DNA of 64,000 nt from Halobacteriales archaeon QS_8_69_26 (lineage in GTDB: Archaea; Halobacteriota; Halobacteria; Halobacteriales; SW-7-71-33), in assembly GCA_003023195.1 (NCBI GenBank), contig PXRX01000022.1, forward strand, positions 14,041 to 78,040, read 5' to 3'. This document shows positions 35,187 to 44,343 of the stretch, piece by piece. Within the stretch, counting starts at the first letter, position 1, and each line of letters opens with the position of its first letter. The notes beneath the pieces are model-generated. The model was not told the origin of the DNA and did no database searches. It saw only the letters and a program-made list of their open reading frames with translations. A program made the translations under genes and the position numbers.

Positions 35187-36447
35187 ATGACCGACCCGGC
35201 GCTGGACGTCGTGGAACTCCTCCTCACCGCGCACGTCTACACGAACGACCGGTCGCTCGACGAGGACGACCTGCCGCCGGCCCACCGCGGCGTCTTCTGG
35301 ACGGACGGGGGGATCGACCGTCCGCTGTCCGTGACCAACTCGGTCGCGCGGGAGGCCACGGGGGTCGAGCGTCCCTGGAACGCGGTCTCGGAACTGATGT
35401 TCACCGACCGCGACGAGTTCTCGGGGACGATCAAACTGACGGAGGCGGACCTGGCGGAGCGGTGGTTCCTCGACAGGGTCGACGCCGACCGGATCGCCGC
35501 CAACCCGACGCTGGCCAGCGAGTACGGCGACCGGTTCGACGTGGACTACGAGGCCGCCCGGGACCGGAACCGGCCGATCCAGGCCGACCGCTCGTACATC
35601 GACAGCCTGCTGGCCGAGTACTTCGACGAGGAGGAGGAAGAGGAGATGCTCGACCTGGTGGAGGTCCGGGCCCCGGAGGAGGTCGAGATAACCCTCGACG
35701 ACCTCGTGCTCACCGACGACCAGATGGGCGAGATACACAAGATCGCGAAGGCCATCGAGCACCGCGAGTACCTCGCGGAGATCGGCCTCCGGGAGATCGG
35801 AAAGCTCCTGTTCGTCGGTCCGCCCGGGACGGGCAAGACCTCGACGGCGCGGGCGCTGGCCCACGACATGGACCTGCCGTTCGTCGAGGTGAAACTGTCG
35901 ATGATCACCTCCCAGTACCTCGGCGAGACCGCCAAGAACGTCGAGAAGCTTCGTCGCCAAGACCCGCCGGTCGGACGAGCACGCCGCCCTCAAGCGCGCC
36001 GTCAACACCCTGCTGAAGAGCATCGACGACATCTCGCTCATCCAGGACGACGTCCTCCTGATCGCGGCCACGAACCACCCCGACCAGCTAGACGCCGCGG
36101 CCTGGCGGCGCTTCGACGAGATCGTCAACTTCCCCAAGCCCGACGATTCCATGCGCTCGGACATCCTCCGGGTGATCACCCGGCAGATGGAGATAGAGGA
36201 CTTCGATCCCGACGAACTGGCCGGGGCCACCGAGGGGTTGACCGGGAGCGACCTCCGGATGGTCCTCCGGGAGGCCGTGCTGGGTGCGCTCACCGAGGAA
36301 CGGACACAGCTCACCCAGGACGACCTCATGGCGGCCGTCGAGGACTTCGAGGAGCGGGACAACCTGAAGGACATGGACATGATCGAGGGGGACCACGACG
36401 CCCTCGTGGCCGGCGGGGACCTGGGCAGTCACAGCCACGACCACTGA
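35187..36447 (+). pseudogene. AAA+ ATPase (single AAA domain) disrupted by an internal deletion that removes Walker B and shifts the frame
   Basis: Walker A GPPGTGKTS, then ...YLGETAKNVEK, ends at about 35948. The continuation FVAKTRRSDEHAALKRAVNTLLKSIDDISLIQDDVLLIAATNHPDQLDAAAWRRFDEIVNFPKPD... is in the +1 frame from 35950 to stop 36447. The expected segment of about 19 aa containing hhhhDE is missing. Confidence 0.75.
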
Positions 36448-36460
36448 CCACCGGATCGCG

Positions 36461-37285
36461 ATGGAAGTGACGCTCCTGGGGACCGGGGACACCACGGGGA
36501 CGCCGACCCCCGGCTGTGCCTGTGACACCTGCGACCGCGCCCGGGAACTCGGCGTCGAGCGAACCCGGTTCTCAGTTCACGTCCACGACGAGGACACCGG
36601 CGAGTCGTTGCTGGTCGACGCCAGCCCCGACTTCCGGACCCAGATGCTCGACCGCGACGTCGCCCTGCCGGACGAAGTCCTGGTCACCCACGTCCACTTC
36701 GACCACCTCGACGGCCTGGGCAACGCCTACCGCCTGCTGGCGGACGTGCCGGTCCACGCCGCGGACGAACGCGACCCGGAGACCGGCGAGTCGGTCGCCG
36801 GGACGGTCGCCCGGAAGTACGACTACCTCGACGCCGTTACCGCCGACCCCCGGACGCCCCTCGAACCGTTCGAGGCCTGCGGCTTCGAGGTCACCCTCGT
36901 TCCCGTCGACCACCCACCGCTCGTCTGCTACGGCGTGGCCGTCGAGGACCCGGAGACGGGTGCCAAACTGTCGATCACGGGCGATACGACCTGGGCGATT
37001 CCCGAGGCGTCCCGCGAGGTGCTCCGGGACGCGGACCTGCTCCTGGCCGACGGCATCGTTCCCGCCTCGCTGTCCGAGCACCACCCGCTCGGCGGGCGAC
37101 ACGAGGACGACCGGGGGGTTCCACGGACCTTCGGGGACAAGCACATGACCATCGAGGGTGCCCGGGCGATGGTCGACGAACTCGACGCCGACCGCGGCCG
37201 GGTGGTCCACACGGCCCACTACACGCCCCCCGAAGTGGCCTTCGCCGACGACGTCGCGGTCGACGGCGAGCGCCACGTTCTCTGA
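36461..37285 (+). CDS. MBL-fold metallo-hydrolase (PhnP-like)
   Basis: HVHFDHLDG (the HxHxDH motif) and an N-terminal Cys cluster GCACDTC. Confidence 0.8.
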   Translation: MEVTLLGTGDTTGTPTPGCACDTCDRARELGVERTRFSVHVHDEDTGESLLVDASPDFRTQMLDRDVALPDEVLVTHVHFDHLDGLGNAYRLLADVPVHAADERDPETGESVAGTVARKYDYLDAVTADPRTPLEPFEACGFEVTLVPVDHPPLVCYGVAVEDPETGAKLSITGDTTWAIPEASREVLRDADLLLADGIVPASLSEHHPLGGRHEDDRGVPRTFGDKHMTIEGARAMVDELDADRGRVVHTAHYTPPEVAFADDVAVDGERHVL

Positions 37286-37289
37286 GTCG

Positions 37290-37343
37290 CGGGGACCGTC
37301 CCCGTGGGGACGACCGGTTACAGTAAACTTACTGTAATCCGGC
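37290..37343. terminator. two consecutive hairpins between convergent genes: a GC hairpin, and an AT-rich perfect palindrome ttacagtaa-ac-ttactgtaa
   Basis: cggggac-c-gtccccg lies at 37290-37304, 5 nt after the MBL stop. The palindrome lies at 37318-37337 and is flanked by ccgg. Confidence 0.4.
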
Positions 37344-37423
37344 ACGCGCTTTACGGACGCTCCGGCTCCGTCCGTTCACTGACCGCCCGTCCCTACCGCT
37401 CCGGATCGGAAGACTCCCCGTCG

Positions 37424-38608
37424 CTATCGCTCCGGATCGGGCGATCCCCCGTCGGCGACCGTGGCCCGGCCGTCGACGACTGCCCGGTAGCGCCGGCCGG
37501 CGTCGTCGTCGGCGCGGATGGCCTCGCGGATCCGTTCGGGGACCCACTCGCCGCCGTCGCGTGGGGGTGGGGCGGGGTCGCCGTCGAAGTCGTCGCCCCG
37601 GCGGTCCGCGGGGAGGTAGCGCTCGTAGACCGGCAGGCGCTCTCGGAGGGGGACCCCGGCGTGGTCCGCGATGTCCTCCAGTTCCCGGAGGGCGGGCCAG
37701 GCGTAGTCCGGGTTGATGTGGTCGTCGGTGACCGGCGAGACGCCGCCCAGGTCGTCGATGCCGCAGTCGACCACTTCGCGGGCGGGGGCGAGGTTCGGCG
37801 GCACCTGCAGTGAAACCGAGTCGGGGAGCACCGTGCGGGCCATCGCCACCGTCCGGCGGAGGGTGTCGACGTCCGGCGTGGGTCCGCTCCAGCGCTCGTT
37901 CTCGACGACCGGCTGGACGATGACCTCCTGGACGTGGCCGTAGCGGTCGTGGAGTTCCGCGATGGCCAGCAGGCTCTCGGCGCGGTCCCGCGGCCGTTCC
38001 CCGATGCCGACGAGGATCCCCGTGGTGAAGGGAACGCCGAGTTCGCCGGCGGTTCGGATCGTGTGCAGTCGCTGGCCCGGCGACTTGGCTCGCGGACCGG
38101 CGTGGGCGTCGACGTCGGCGGTCGTCTCCAGCATGACGCCCATCGAGGCGTTGGCGTCGGCCACCGCCGCCATCTGCTCTCTGGTCTGGTCGCCCGGGTT
38201 CGCGTGGGGGAGCAGGCCCTCCTCGATGGTCAGTTCGCAGACCTCCCGGAGGTAGGTGTGGACCGACTCGTGGCCCCACTCGGCCAGTTGCTCGTGGATC
38301 CGCTCGTAGCGGTCGTCGGGGTCGTCGCCGAACGTGAACAGTGCCTCCGTACAGCCGGCGGCCGCGCCGCGGCGGACGACATCGCGCACCTCCCCGGGCG
38401 AGAGCAGGGAGGCCTCCCCCGGCGGGTCGAAGTAGGTGCAGTAGGTGCAGGTGTACCGGCAGGCGGTCGTCAGCGGGACGAACACGTTGCGGGCGAACGA
38501 GAGGGAGTCGGCGGCCTCGACGTCCTCGGGCGTCGTCTCCAGCGCCGCCGACACCTCGCGGTCGTCGATGGACAGTTCGACCCCGTACTCGTCGGCCCCC
38601 GGGATCAC
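37424..38608 (-). CDS. cofG: 7,8-didemethyl-8-hydroxy-5-deazariboflavin (FO) synthase subunit CofG (radical SAM)
   Basis: CRYTCTYC radical-SAM cluster motif and TTGILVGIGE. I chose the GTG at 38608, which has a TATA-like CTTTTC about 30 nt upstream. The ORF track's longer start at 38710 is in frame and cannot be excluded. Confidence 0.75.
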   Translation of the reverse strand: MIPGADEYGVELSIDDREVSAALETTPEDVEAADSLSFARNVFVPLTTACRYTCTYCTYFDPPGEASLLSPGEVRDVVRRGAAAGCTEALFTFGDDPDDRYERIHEQLAEWGHESVHTYLREVCELTIEEGLLPHANPGDQTREQMAAVADANASMGVMLETTADVDAHAGPRAKSPGQRLHTIRTAGELGVPFTTGILVGIGERPRDRAESLLAIAELHDRYGHVQEVIVQPVVENERWSGPTPDVDTLRRTVAMARTVLPDSVSLQVPPNLAPAREVVDCGIDDLGGVSPVTDDHINPDYAWPALRELEDIADHAGVPLRERLPVYERYLPADRRGDDFDGDPAPPPRDGGEWVPERIREAIRADDDAGRRYRAVVDGRATVADGGSPDPER

Positions 38609-38762
38609 TGTTGGGCGTGGGATCCCGACGGTGAAAAGGGTTGAGGTCGTCGGCAAGTGACTCCCGGGAGGGGTCTGGACCTCCGTTCGATCCGCCCGTC
38701 GAGCGATCACTCGTGTGTGCCGACGGGCGAGCGACTACCAGTGGGCGCCGACGGACGAGCGA

Positions 38763-39695
38763 TCACCCGTGTGCGCCAACTGGCAACCGATCCACGGCGT
38801 CGACACGCTTCAGGGCCGCGGGCAACAGCATGACGCCGGCGACGAGAACGAGGTCGTCGACCGGCGCGAGGACGAGCGGGTCCTCGACGGCGAGGACCTG
38901 GACGACGACGACGAACGGGAGTCCGACCAGCAGGAGGACGGCGACCCCTACCCGGGACCCGCGCTCGGGGACGTCGTCGAGGCGGGTGGCGGCGACCAGG
39001 CCACCGATGCAGGCCCCGAGGATCCCGAGGGCGTCCGTGCCCGCGCCGGTGATCCAGACGGTCGGGAGTGCCGCGACGGCCCCGACCGCGAAGACGCGGG
39101 CGGGATCCCCGCCGGTCAGGTACCGGGCGGTTGCGACCACGACGGCCCCCAGCACGAGGCCGGCGAGGACGTCACCGAGATAGTGAACTCCGAGAACGAC
39201 CCGGGAGAAGGCGATCGCCGCGATCAGGGTCCCGATCCCCGCGACTGCGCGGGTGTCGTCCAGCCAGTCGAACTCGACGGCCAGCCCGCCGTAGACGATC
39301 ACCCCGGCAACGGCGTGGCCGCTGGGGAACCCGTATCCGTACGTGGATATCGCCCACACGGACTCCGGCGGACGGGGCAGAGCGAACAACGACTTGAGCG
39401 CCAGGACGGCCGCGAACCCGAGAAACCCGTAGCCGATCACGGTGGCGGTCGCGTGCCGCCGGCCCGCCCAGTACAGCAGGGCGAGCGCGAAGGTCAACAG
39501 CGCGGGATCCCCCAGGTGGGTCGCGGCTTCGAAGATGGGGACGGCCGCGTCCGGGACGGCCTCGCGGACGGCCTCGCTGATCCCCGCGAGCCGGACCGAC
39601 GACGCGGCAGCGAGGTCGACTGGCGATGCCGCCACGGGGTCGACCGGCGATCCCCCGGTCCCGGCGGAAGCGGATCCTCCGGTCATCTCCTTCAC
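38763..39695 (-). CDS. PAP2-family phosphatase (membrane)
   Basis: KxxxxxxRP (LKSLFALPRP), PSGH (FPSGHAV) and SRxxxxxHxxxD (SRVVLGVHYLGD) motifs. Confidence 0.8.
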   Translation of the reverse strand: MKEMTGGSASAGTGGSPVDPVAASPVDLAAASSVRLAGISEAVREAVPDAAVPIFEAATHLGDPALLTFALALLYWAGRRHATATVIGYGFLGFAAVLALKSLFALPRPPESVWAISTYGYGFPSGHAVAGVIVYGGLAVEFDWLDDTRAVAGIGTLIAAIAFSRVVLGVHYLGDVLAGLVLGAVVVATARYLTGGDPARVFAVGAVAALPTVWITGAGTDALGILGACIGGLVAATRLDDVPERGSRVGVAVLLLVGLPFVVVVQVLAVEDPLVLAPVDDLVLVAGVMLLPAALKRVDAVDRLPVGAHG

Positions 39696-39705
39696 CTCCC
39701 GGGGA

Positions 39706-40257
39706 TCACTCCTCGTCGTCGACCGGCCCGAACAGTTCGGGGTCGTCGTGGGCGAGTTCGACGAAGTCGCCCTGGAGCCGCCGGACGTAGGACCTGAGGA
39801 CGCCCTCCTCCCGTGCCCGGTCGAGGACGTCCATCGTGTCGGGGTTCGACACCGAGTAAAACAGCGGCACCAGGACTGCCTGCTCGGTCGAGGCGTCCTC
39901 CATCGCGAGGAGGGCGAAGACGACGCTGCCCTGCTGATTCTTGTAGACGCGGTAGTCGCCGAACTCGATCCCCGATCCGAGCATGGATTCGAGGGCCTCG
40001 TACTCGGGGTCGGGCACCAGGACGTCCATCCCGACCCTGTCGGAGTGCTCCCCGGAGAGTGGGGTCACGTCGCCGGGATGTAACTGGAGAGTCGCCCACC
40101 CCTGGTCCTCGTACTCGGCGGCGGTGGCCTCCATGTCCCCGATCACCTGGTCCCAGTGGTCCATCGCCTCCACGTCGATGCCGTGGGTCCCGTCCCGGCG
40201 GCCGGTCGCGTGGTCCTCGACAGGGTCGGGCGTCCCGTCGGAGTCCTCCCGCTTCAT
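39706..40257 (-). CDS. conserved acidic hypothetical protein (183 aa)
   Basis: ATG 40257. MKREDSDGTPDPVEDH...WATLQLHPGDVTPLSGE...VVFALLAMEDASTEQAVLVPLFY. It lies 10 nt upstream of the PAP2 gene, so it is likely co-transcribed. Confidence 0.6.
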   Translation of the reverse strand: MKREDSDGTPDPVEDHATGRRDGTHGIDVEAMDHWDQVIGDMEATAAEYEDQGWATLQLHPGDVTPLSGEHSDRVGMDVLVPDPEYEALESMLGSGIEFGDYRVYKNQQGSVVFALLAMEDASTEQAVLVPLFYSVSNPDTMDVLDRAREEGVLRSYVRRLQGDFVELAHDDPELFGPVDDEE

Positions 40258-40387
40258 GTCCGATCCCGTCCGTCCCGACCGGAAAAGGGTTCCTATCGGT
40301 CGATCGACGGGGTCGAGTTCGACGCCGGGGGAGCCCTCCCCGGCAGTCGCCAGTATCGGCGTCTCGGTCCCGTGGCCCCTGGACCGG

Positions 40388-42109
40388 TCACTCGACGACC
40401 GGCCGCGCCTCTTCGGCCTCCTCCGGAAGCGGCCCGTGGAGGTGGCAGGCGGCAGGGTGGTCCTCGTCGCCGAGGTGTGGGTGATAGCGTTCACAGACGC
40501 TCTCGTAGCGCTCCCGGAGGTGGTCGGCGGCGTCCTGGTACTCGCCCTCGGCCAGTACCTCCAGCGCCTCGTCGACGTACGAGCGGTGGTTGGGCGGCAG
40601 GTCGACTTCGAGCAGTCGGTCGGCCAGTTCCTGTGCGACTATCCGGTCCTCGGCCTGCTGGCGGGCGGTCCGGAGGCTCACCTCGCGGTCTTCGATCCGC
40701 TGGCGCAGGTCCGTCACCGCCCGGTACTGGTCCTGCTCCAGGCCGACGTCCTCGGGCGGGATCACCTCCGGACAGCGCGTCCGGAACCGGCAGCCGGAGG
40801 GGGGATCCCGTGGCGAGGGAACGTCGACGTTCAGGGTCTCGATGTCGCGTTCGCGTTCGCCCATCGCTGCCCGCGGGACGTTGTCGAGCAACACCTCGGT
40901 GTAGGGATGTCGGGGGGACTCGAACAGGTCTTCGGCGTCCCCGAGTTCGACGATCTCGCCGAGGTACATCACCGCGACGCGGTCGCAGATGTGCCTGATG
41001 ACCGAGAGGTCGTGGCTGATCAGCAGGTACGTCAGGCCGAACTCGTCCTGAAGTTCGTCGAGCAGGTTGAGGACCTGGGCCTGGACGCTGACGTCGAGTG
41101 CGCTGGTGGGTTCGTCGAGGACCACGAAGTCGGGGTCCAGTGCCAGCGCGCGGGCGATGGCGATCCGCTGGCGCTGGCCGCCCGAGAACTCGCTCGGGTA
41201 GCGGTCGAGCTGGTCGGCCGACAGTCCCACGCGCTCTATGAGGTACCGGACGCGCTCGCGGCGCTCCTCTTTCGTACCGACGTCGTGGACGTCCAGGGGC
41301 TGGCGGACCACGTCCCCGATGGTCATCCGTGGATCCAGGCTGGAGAACGGGTCCTGGAAGACGATCGCCGTCCGCCGGCGGAACTCCGACGGCGTGATGA
41401 AGACCCGTCTGCGCACGAGGAGGTAAACGAAGAGTCCGAGGCCCGCGACCACCCCCACGCCGGCCGGACCCCCCGCGACCGACAGCGTCGGGAGCGAGAG
41501 GGCGACCGCGAGGACGGCCACCCCGGTTGCCAGCCGCCAGCCCCACGCCTCGACGGTCCAGAGGCCGTAGGCGGTCCCGACGGACGCCAGGCCGTGCAGG
41601 AGCCACGCGCCCCCGAGGACAACGATCCACGTGGGGTACTCGGCCGCCGCGGTGACGACGGACCCACCACCGGCGACCGCTACGACCCCGAGGACGGCCA
41701 GGAGGACGCTCGATAGCTTCACCCCCACTGGCGGGTCCGCGGTCGACGACGGGACCGACCCGTCGATCCCGTCGATCGATTCGCCGTCGAAGGCGACGGA
41801 TCCGTCGGTCGCCTCCTGGAGGTTGAGCAGGGTCTCGCCGGCCGTGGACTTGCCACACCCCGACTCGCCGACCAGGCCGAGGGTCTCGCCCTCGTAGATG
41901 TCGAAGGAGATGCCGTCGACCGCCTGGATGGAGACGGGTCCCCGGTCGAGCAGTCTGTCGTACAGGGAGTCGTGTTCGTAGAAGTACTTCGTCAGCTCCC
42001 GGACCGACACCAGCGGATCGTCCCCTGCGTCGGCCGTCCGGTCGCTCCCGGTCGGCATCCCCTCGGGGATCGGTTCCCGGTCCTCTACTCCGTCGGCGGT
42101 CTCAGTCAT
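40388..42109 (-). CDS. Dpp/Opp-type ABC transporter ATP-binding protein (DppF-like) with an internal hydrophobic insertion and a C-terminal extension
   Basis: Walker A GESGCGKST, Q-loop AIVFQDPFSSLDPRMT, signature FSGGQRQR, Walker B FVVLDEPTSALD. About 120 hydrophobic aa are inserted between Walker A and the Q-loop region. Confidence 0.8.
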   Translation of the reverse strand: MTETADGVEDREPIPEGMPTGSDRTADAGDDPLVSVRELTKYFYEHDSLYDRLLDRGPVSIQAVDGISFDIYEGETLGLVGESGCGKSTAGETLLNLQEATDGSVAFDGESIDGIDGSVPSSTADPPVGVKLSSVLLAVLGVVAVAGGGSVVTAAAEYPTWIVVLGGAWLLHGLASVGTAYGLWTVEAWGWRLATGVAVLAVALSLPTLSVAGGPAGVGVVAGLGLFVYLLVRRRVFITPSEFRRRTAIVFQDPFSSLDPRMTIGDVVRQPLDVHDVGTKEERRERVRYLIERVGLSADQLDRYPSEFSGGQRQRIAIARALALDPDFVVLDEPTSALDVSVQAQVLNLLDELQDEFGLTYLLISHDLSVIRHICDRVAVMYLGEIVELGDAEDLFESPRHPYTEVLLDNVPRAAMGERERDIETLNVDVPSPRDPPSGCRFRTRCPEVIPPEDVGLEQDQYRAVTDLRQRIEDREVSLRTARQQAEDRIVAQELADRLLEVDLPPNHRSYVDEALEVLAEGEYQDAADHLRERYESVCERYHPHLGDEDHPAACHLHGPLPEEAEEARPVVE

Positions 42110-43322
42110 CGTCGGCCACCTCCCCGGCCGTTCCCTGGCCGACGGTCAGCTCCTCGAAGTGGTCGTCCGGGAGCGCCCTCGCGGGGTCGTACGGGTGGTC
42201 GGCCAGGACGCACTTGGCAACGTGGTCCTCGCTGCCCTCGGCGGAAATGTCCGGGGGCTTGTCGAGACACTCCTCCATGGCCTTCGGGCAGCGGTCGGCG
42301 AAGTAACACCGGTCGCCCATCTCGTGGTCCAGGAGGCTCGGAACGTTCCCCTCGATGGGTTCGAGCCGGCCCCCCACCGACTCGATGTCCGGGATCGACC
42401 CCAGGAGTCCCGCCGTGTAGGGGTGGACCTGCCGCTGGAAGATGTCGCCCAGCGTCCCGCGTTCGACGACCTCGCCGGCGTACATCACGCCGACCCGGTC
42501 GCACATCCGGGCGATCACCCCGAGGTTGTGGGTGATGAGGACGATCGTCATCCCGGTCTCCTCCTGGAGGTCCCGGAGGATGTCCAGCACTTGGGCCTGG
42601 ATGGTCACGTCCAGGGCCGTCGTCGGTTCGTCGGCGATCAACACGTCGGGTTCGCCCGCCAGCGCCTGGGCGATCATCGCCCGCTGTAACATCCCGCCGG
42701 AGTACTCGTGGGGGTACTCGTCGGTCCGCTGGGCGGGGTCCGGGATCCCGACCATGTCGAGCAACTCGACGGCCCGCTTGCGACCCGCCTCGGTGACGAA
42801 CCTCCTGGACGGGAGTACCGTCGAGAGCACGAGCGAGGACAGCGAGTACTCGACGGACTTTGTCCTGGCCTTCGTCGAACGGGGGTTCGCGGTCGCCCGG
42901 CGCTGGACCTCGACGGCCTCCGCGATCTGCTCGCCGACCGTGAGGCTCGGGTTGAAACTGCTCATCGGGTCCTGGAAGATCATGCTGAACGACGACCCCC
43001 GGAGGGACTTCCGGGCGTCCTCTGGGATCGAGAGCAGGTCGACGAACTCGCCGTCGACCGCCTCGGGGTGGGTGTCTGCGACGGCCTCGGCCAGGTCAGC
43101 GTTGCGGTACTCGATCCGGCCGTCGGTGATCTCGCCGGGCGAATCGATCAGGTCCATGATCGACAGCGCCGTGACGCTCTTGCCGCTACCGCTCTCGCCG
43201 ACGATGCCGAACACCTCCCCGCGCTCGACGGTCAGGTCGAGGTTCGACACCGCGTTCACCTGCCCCTCGTTGGTGAAAAACCGGGCCGAGAGGTCGCTGA
43301 TCCGGAGGATCTCCTCGCTCAT
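42102..43322 (-). CDS. Dpp/Opp-type ABC transporter ATP-binding protein (DppD-like)
   Basis: Walker A GESGSGKSV, MIFQDPMSSFNP, YSGGMLQR, LIADEPTTALD. ATG 43322 lies 1 nt after the upstream permease stop; an alternative GTG lies at 43331. Confidence 0.85.
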   Translation of the reverse strand: MSEEILRISDLSARFFTNEGQVNAVSNLDLTVERGEVFGIVGESGSGKSVTALSIMDLIDSPGEITDGRIEYRNADLAEAVADTHPEAVDGEFVDLLSIPEDARKSLRGSSFSMIFQDPMSSFNPSLTVGEQIAEAVEVQRRATANPRSTKARTKSVEYSLSSLVLSTVLPSRRFVTEAGRKRAVELLDMVGIPDPAQRTDEYPHEYSGGMLQRAMIAQALAGEPDVLIADEPTTALDVTIQAQVLDILRDLQEETGMTIVLITHNLGVIARMCDRVGVMYAGEVVERGTLGDIFQRQVHPYTAGLLGSIPDIESVGGRLEPIEGNVPSLLDHEMGDRCYFADRCPKAMEECLDKPPDISAEGSEDHVAKCVLADHPYDPARALPDDHFEELTVGQGTAGEVADDD

Positions 43323-43323
43323 C

Positions 43324-44343
43324 TCAGGCACCCCGCTCGCTGCCTTCGATGTTCGGGTCCAGCGCGTCCCGGAACCAGTCGCCGAGCAGGTTGACGCTGA
43401 TGACGCTCAAGACGATCCCGATCCCCGGCAGCATCGACACCCAGGGACGGGTTCTGAGGACGTCCTGTCCGCGCTCTATCTCGTAGCCCCACGAGAGGGT
43501 CGTCCCCGAGAAGCCGAGGTACGCGAGCGAGGCCTCGATCAGGATGATCACCGCGATCTGGATCGTCGCGAGGACGATTATCGGGGTAACGCTGTTCGGG
43601 AGCACGTGCTTGAGCAAGATCGCGCCGTTGTGCTCGCCCATGCTCTTTGCCGCCTTGACGTACTCCTCGTTGCGCAGGGACAGCGCCTCCCCCCGGGAGA
43701 CCCGCGCGAACCAGACCCACGTCACCAGTGCGACGACGACCGTGACCGACCCGGGGATCGGGATCGACTCGGGCATCCCGCTCGCGATCCCGAGGTCCAG
43801 GTACTCCGACCCCATGACGATCGGGTCCGGTATCCGTATCGGTTGCTGGCCGAAGACGCCGATCAGCGCCAGCGCCAGCACCAGCGACGGGAACGCGAGC
43901 ATGACGTCTGCCAGTCGCATCAGGCCGTCGTCGACCCGCCCGCCGTAGTACCCGGCGACGAGTCCGAACGGGACGCCGATCACGAGCGCCAGGCTGACGC
44001 CGAACAGGCCCACCAGCAGCGACACCCGTGCGCCGTAGAGGAACCGCGAGTAGACGTCCTGCCCGACGGTGTTGGTCCCCAGTAGGTGCTCGCTGGTCGC
44101 GGTGATCCGGACCTCGCCGATCTCGCCACCCTGTGCGACCGTCGTCGTGTAGTCGAAGCCTGGCGGCGGGTAGGGCCCGCCGTTCTCGTGGAAGTAGCCG
44201 GTCCTGGTGGGGTCGTGCGTCGCCAGCACCGGCGCGAACACCGCCATCAGGACGATCGTGGCGAGCAACAGCACCCCGACCTTCGGGAGGAGGCTGTTCC
44301 GGAACGTCTGGCGCAGGTTCGACTTGACCCGGTTCGAGATCAT
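43324..44343 (-). CDS. ABC transporter permease (DppC-like)
   Basis: Binding-protein-dependent transport inner-membrane component (EAA-loop-type region ...EYVKAAKSMG...). ATGA overlap with the upstream gene. Confidence 0.85.
   Translation of the reverse strand: MISNRVKSNLRQTFRNSLLPKVGVLLLATIVLMAVFAPVLATHDPTRTGYFHENGGPYPPPGFDYTTTVAQGGEIGEVRITATSEHLLGTNTVGQDVYSRFLYGARVSLLVGLFGVSLALVIGVPFGLVAGYYGGRVDDGLMRLADVMLAFPSLVLALALIGVFGQQPIRIPDPIVMGSEYLDLGIASGMPESIPIPGSVTVVVALVTWVWFARVSRGEALSLRNEEYVKAAKSMGEHNGAILLKHVLPNSVTPIIVLATIQIAVIILIEASLAYLGFSGTTLSWGYEIERGQDVLRTRPWVSMLPGIGIVLSVISVNLLGDWFRDALDPNIEGSERGA

Noticed and set aside
35943-35955. Whether the AAGCTT (HindIII) site at the AAA ATPase deletion junction and the paired GGATCC (BamHI) sites at the udp junction (56074-56094) are cloning or engineering scars.
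   Set aside because: GGATCC-type cores are ubiquitous in this window's native intergenic repeats, and a single AAGCTT is unremarkable. There is no vector-like sequence, so I infer natural events or assembly issues.
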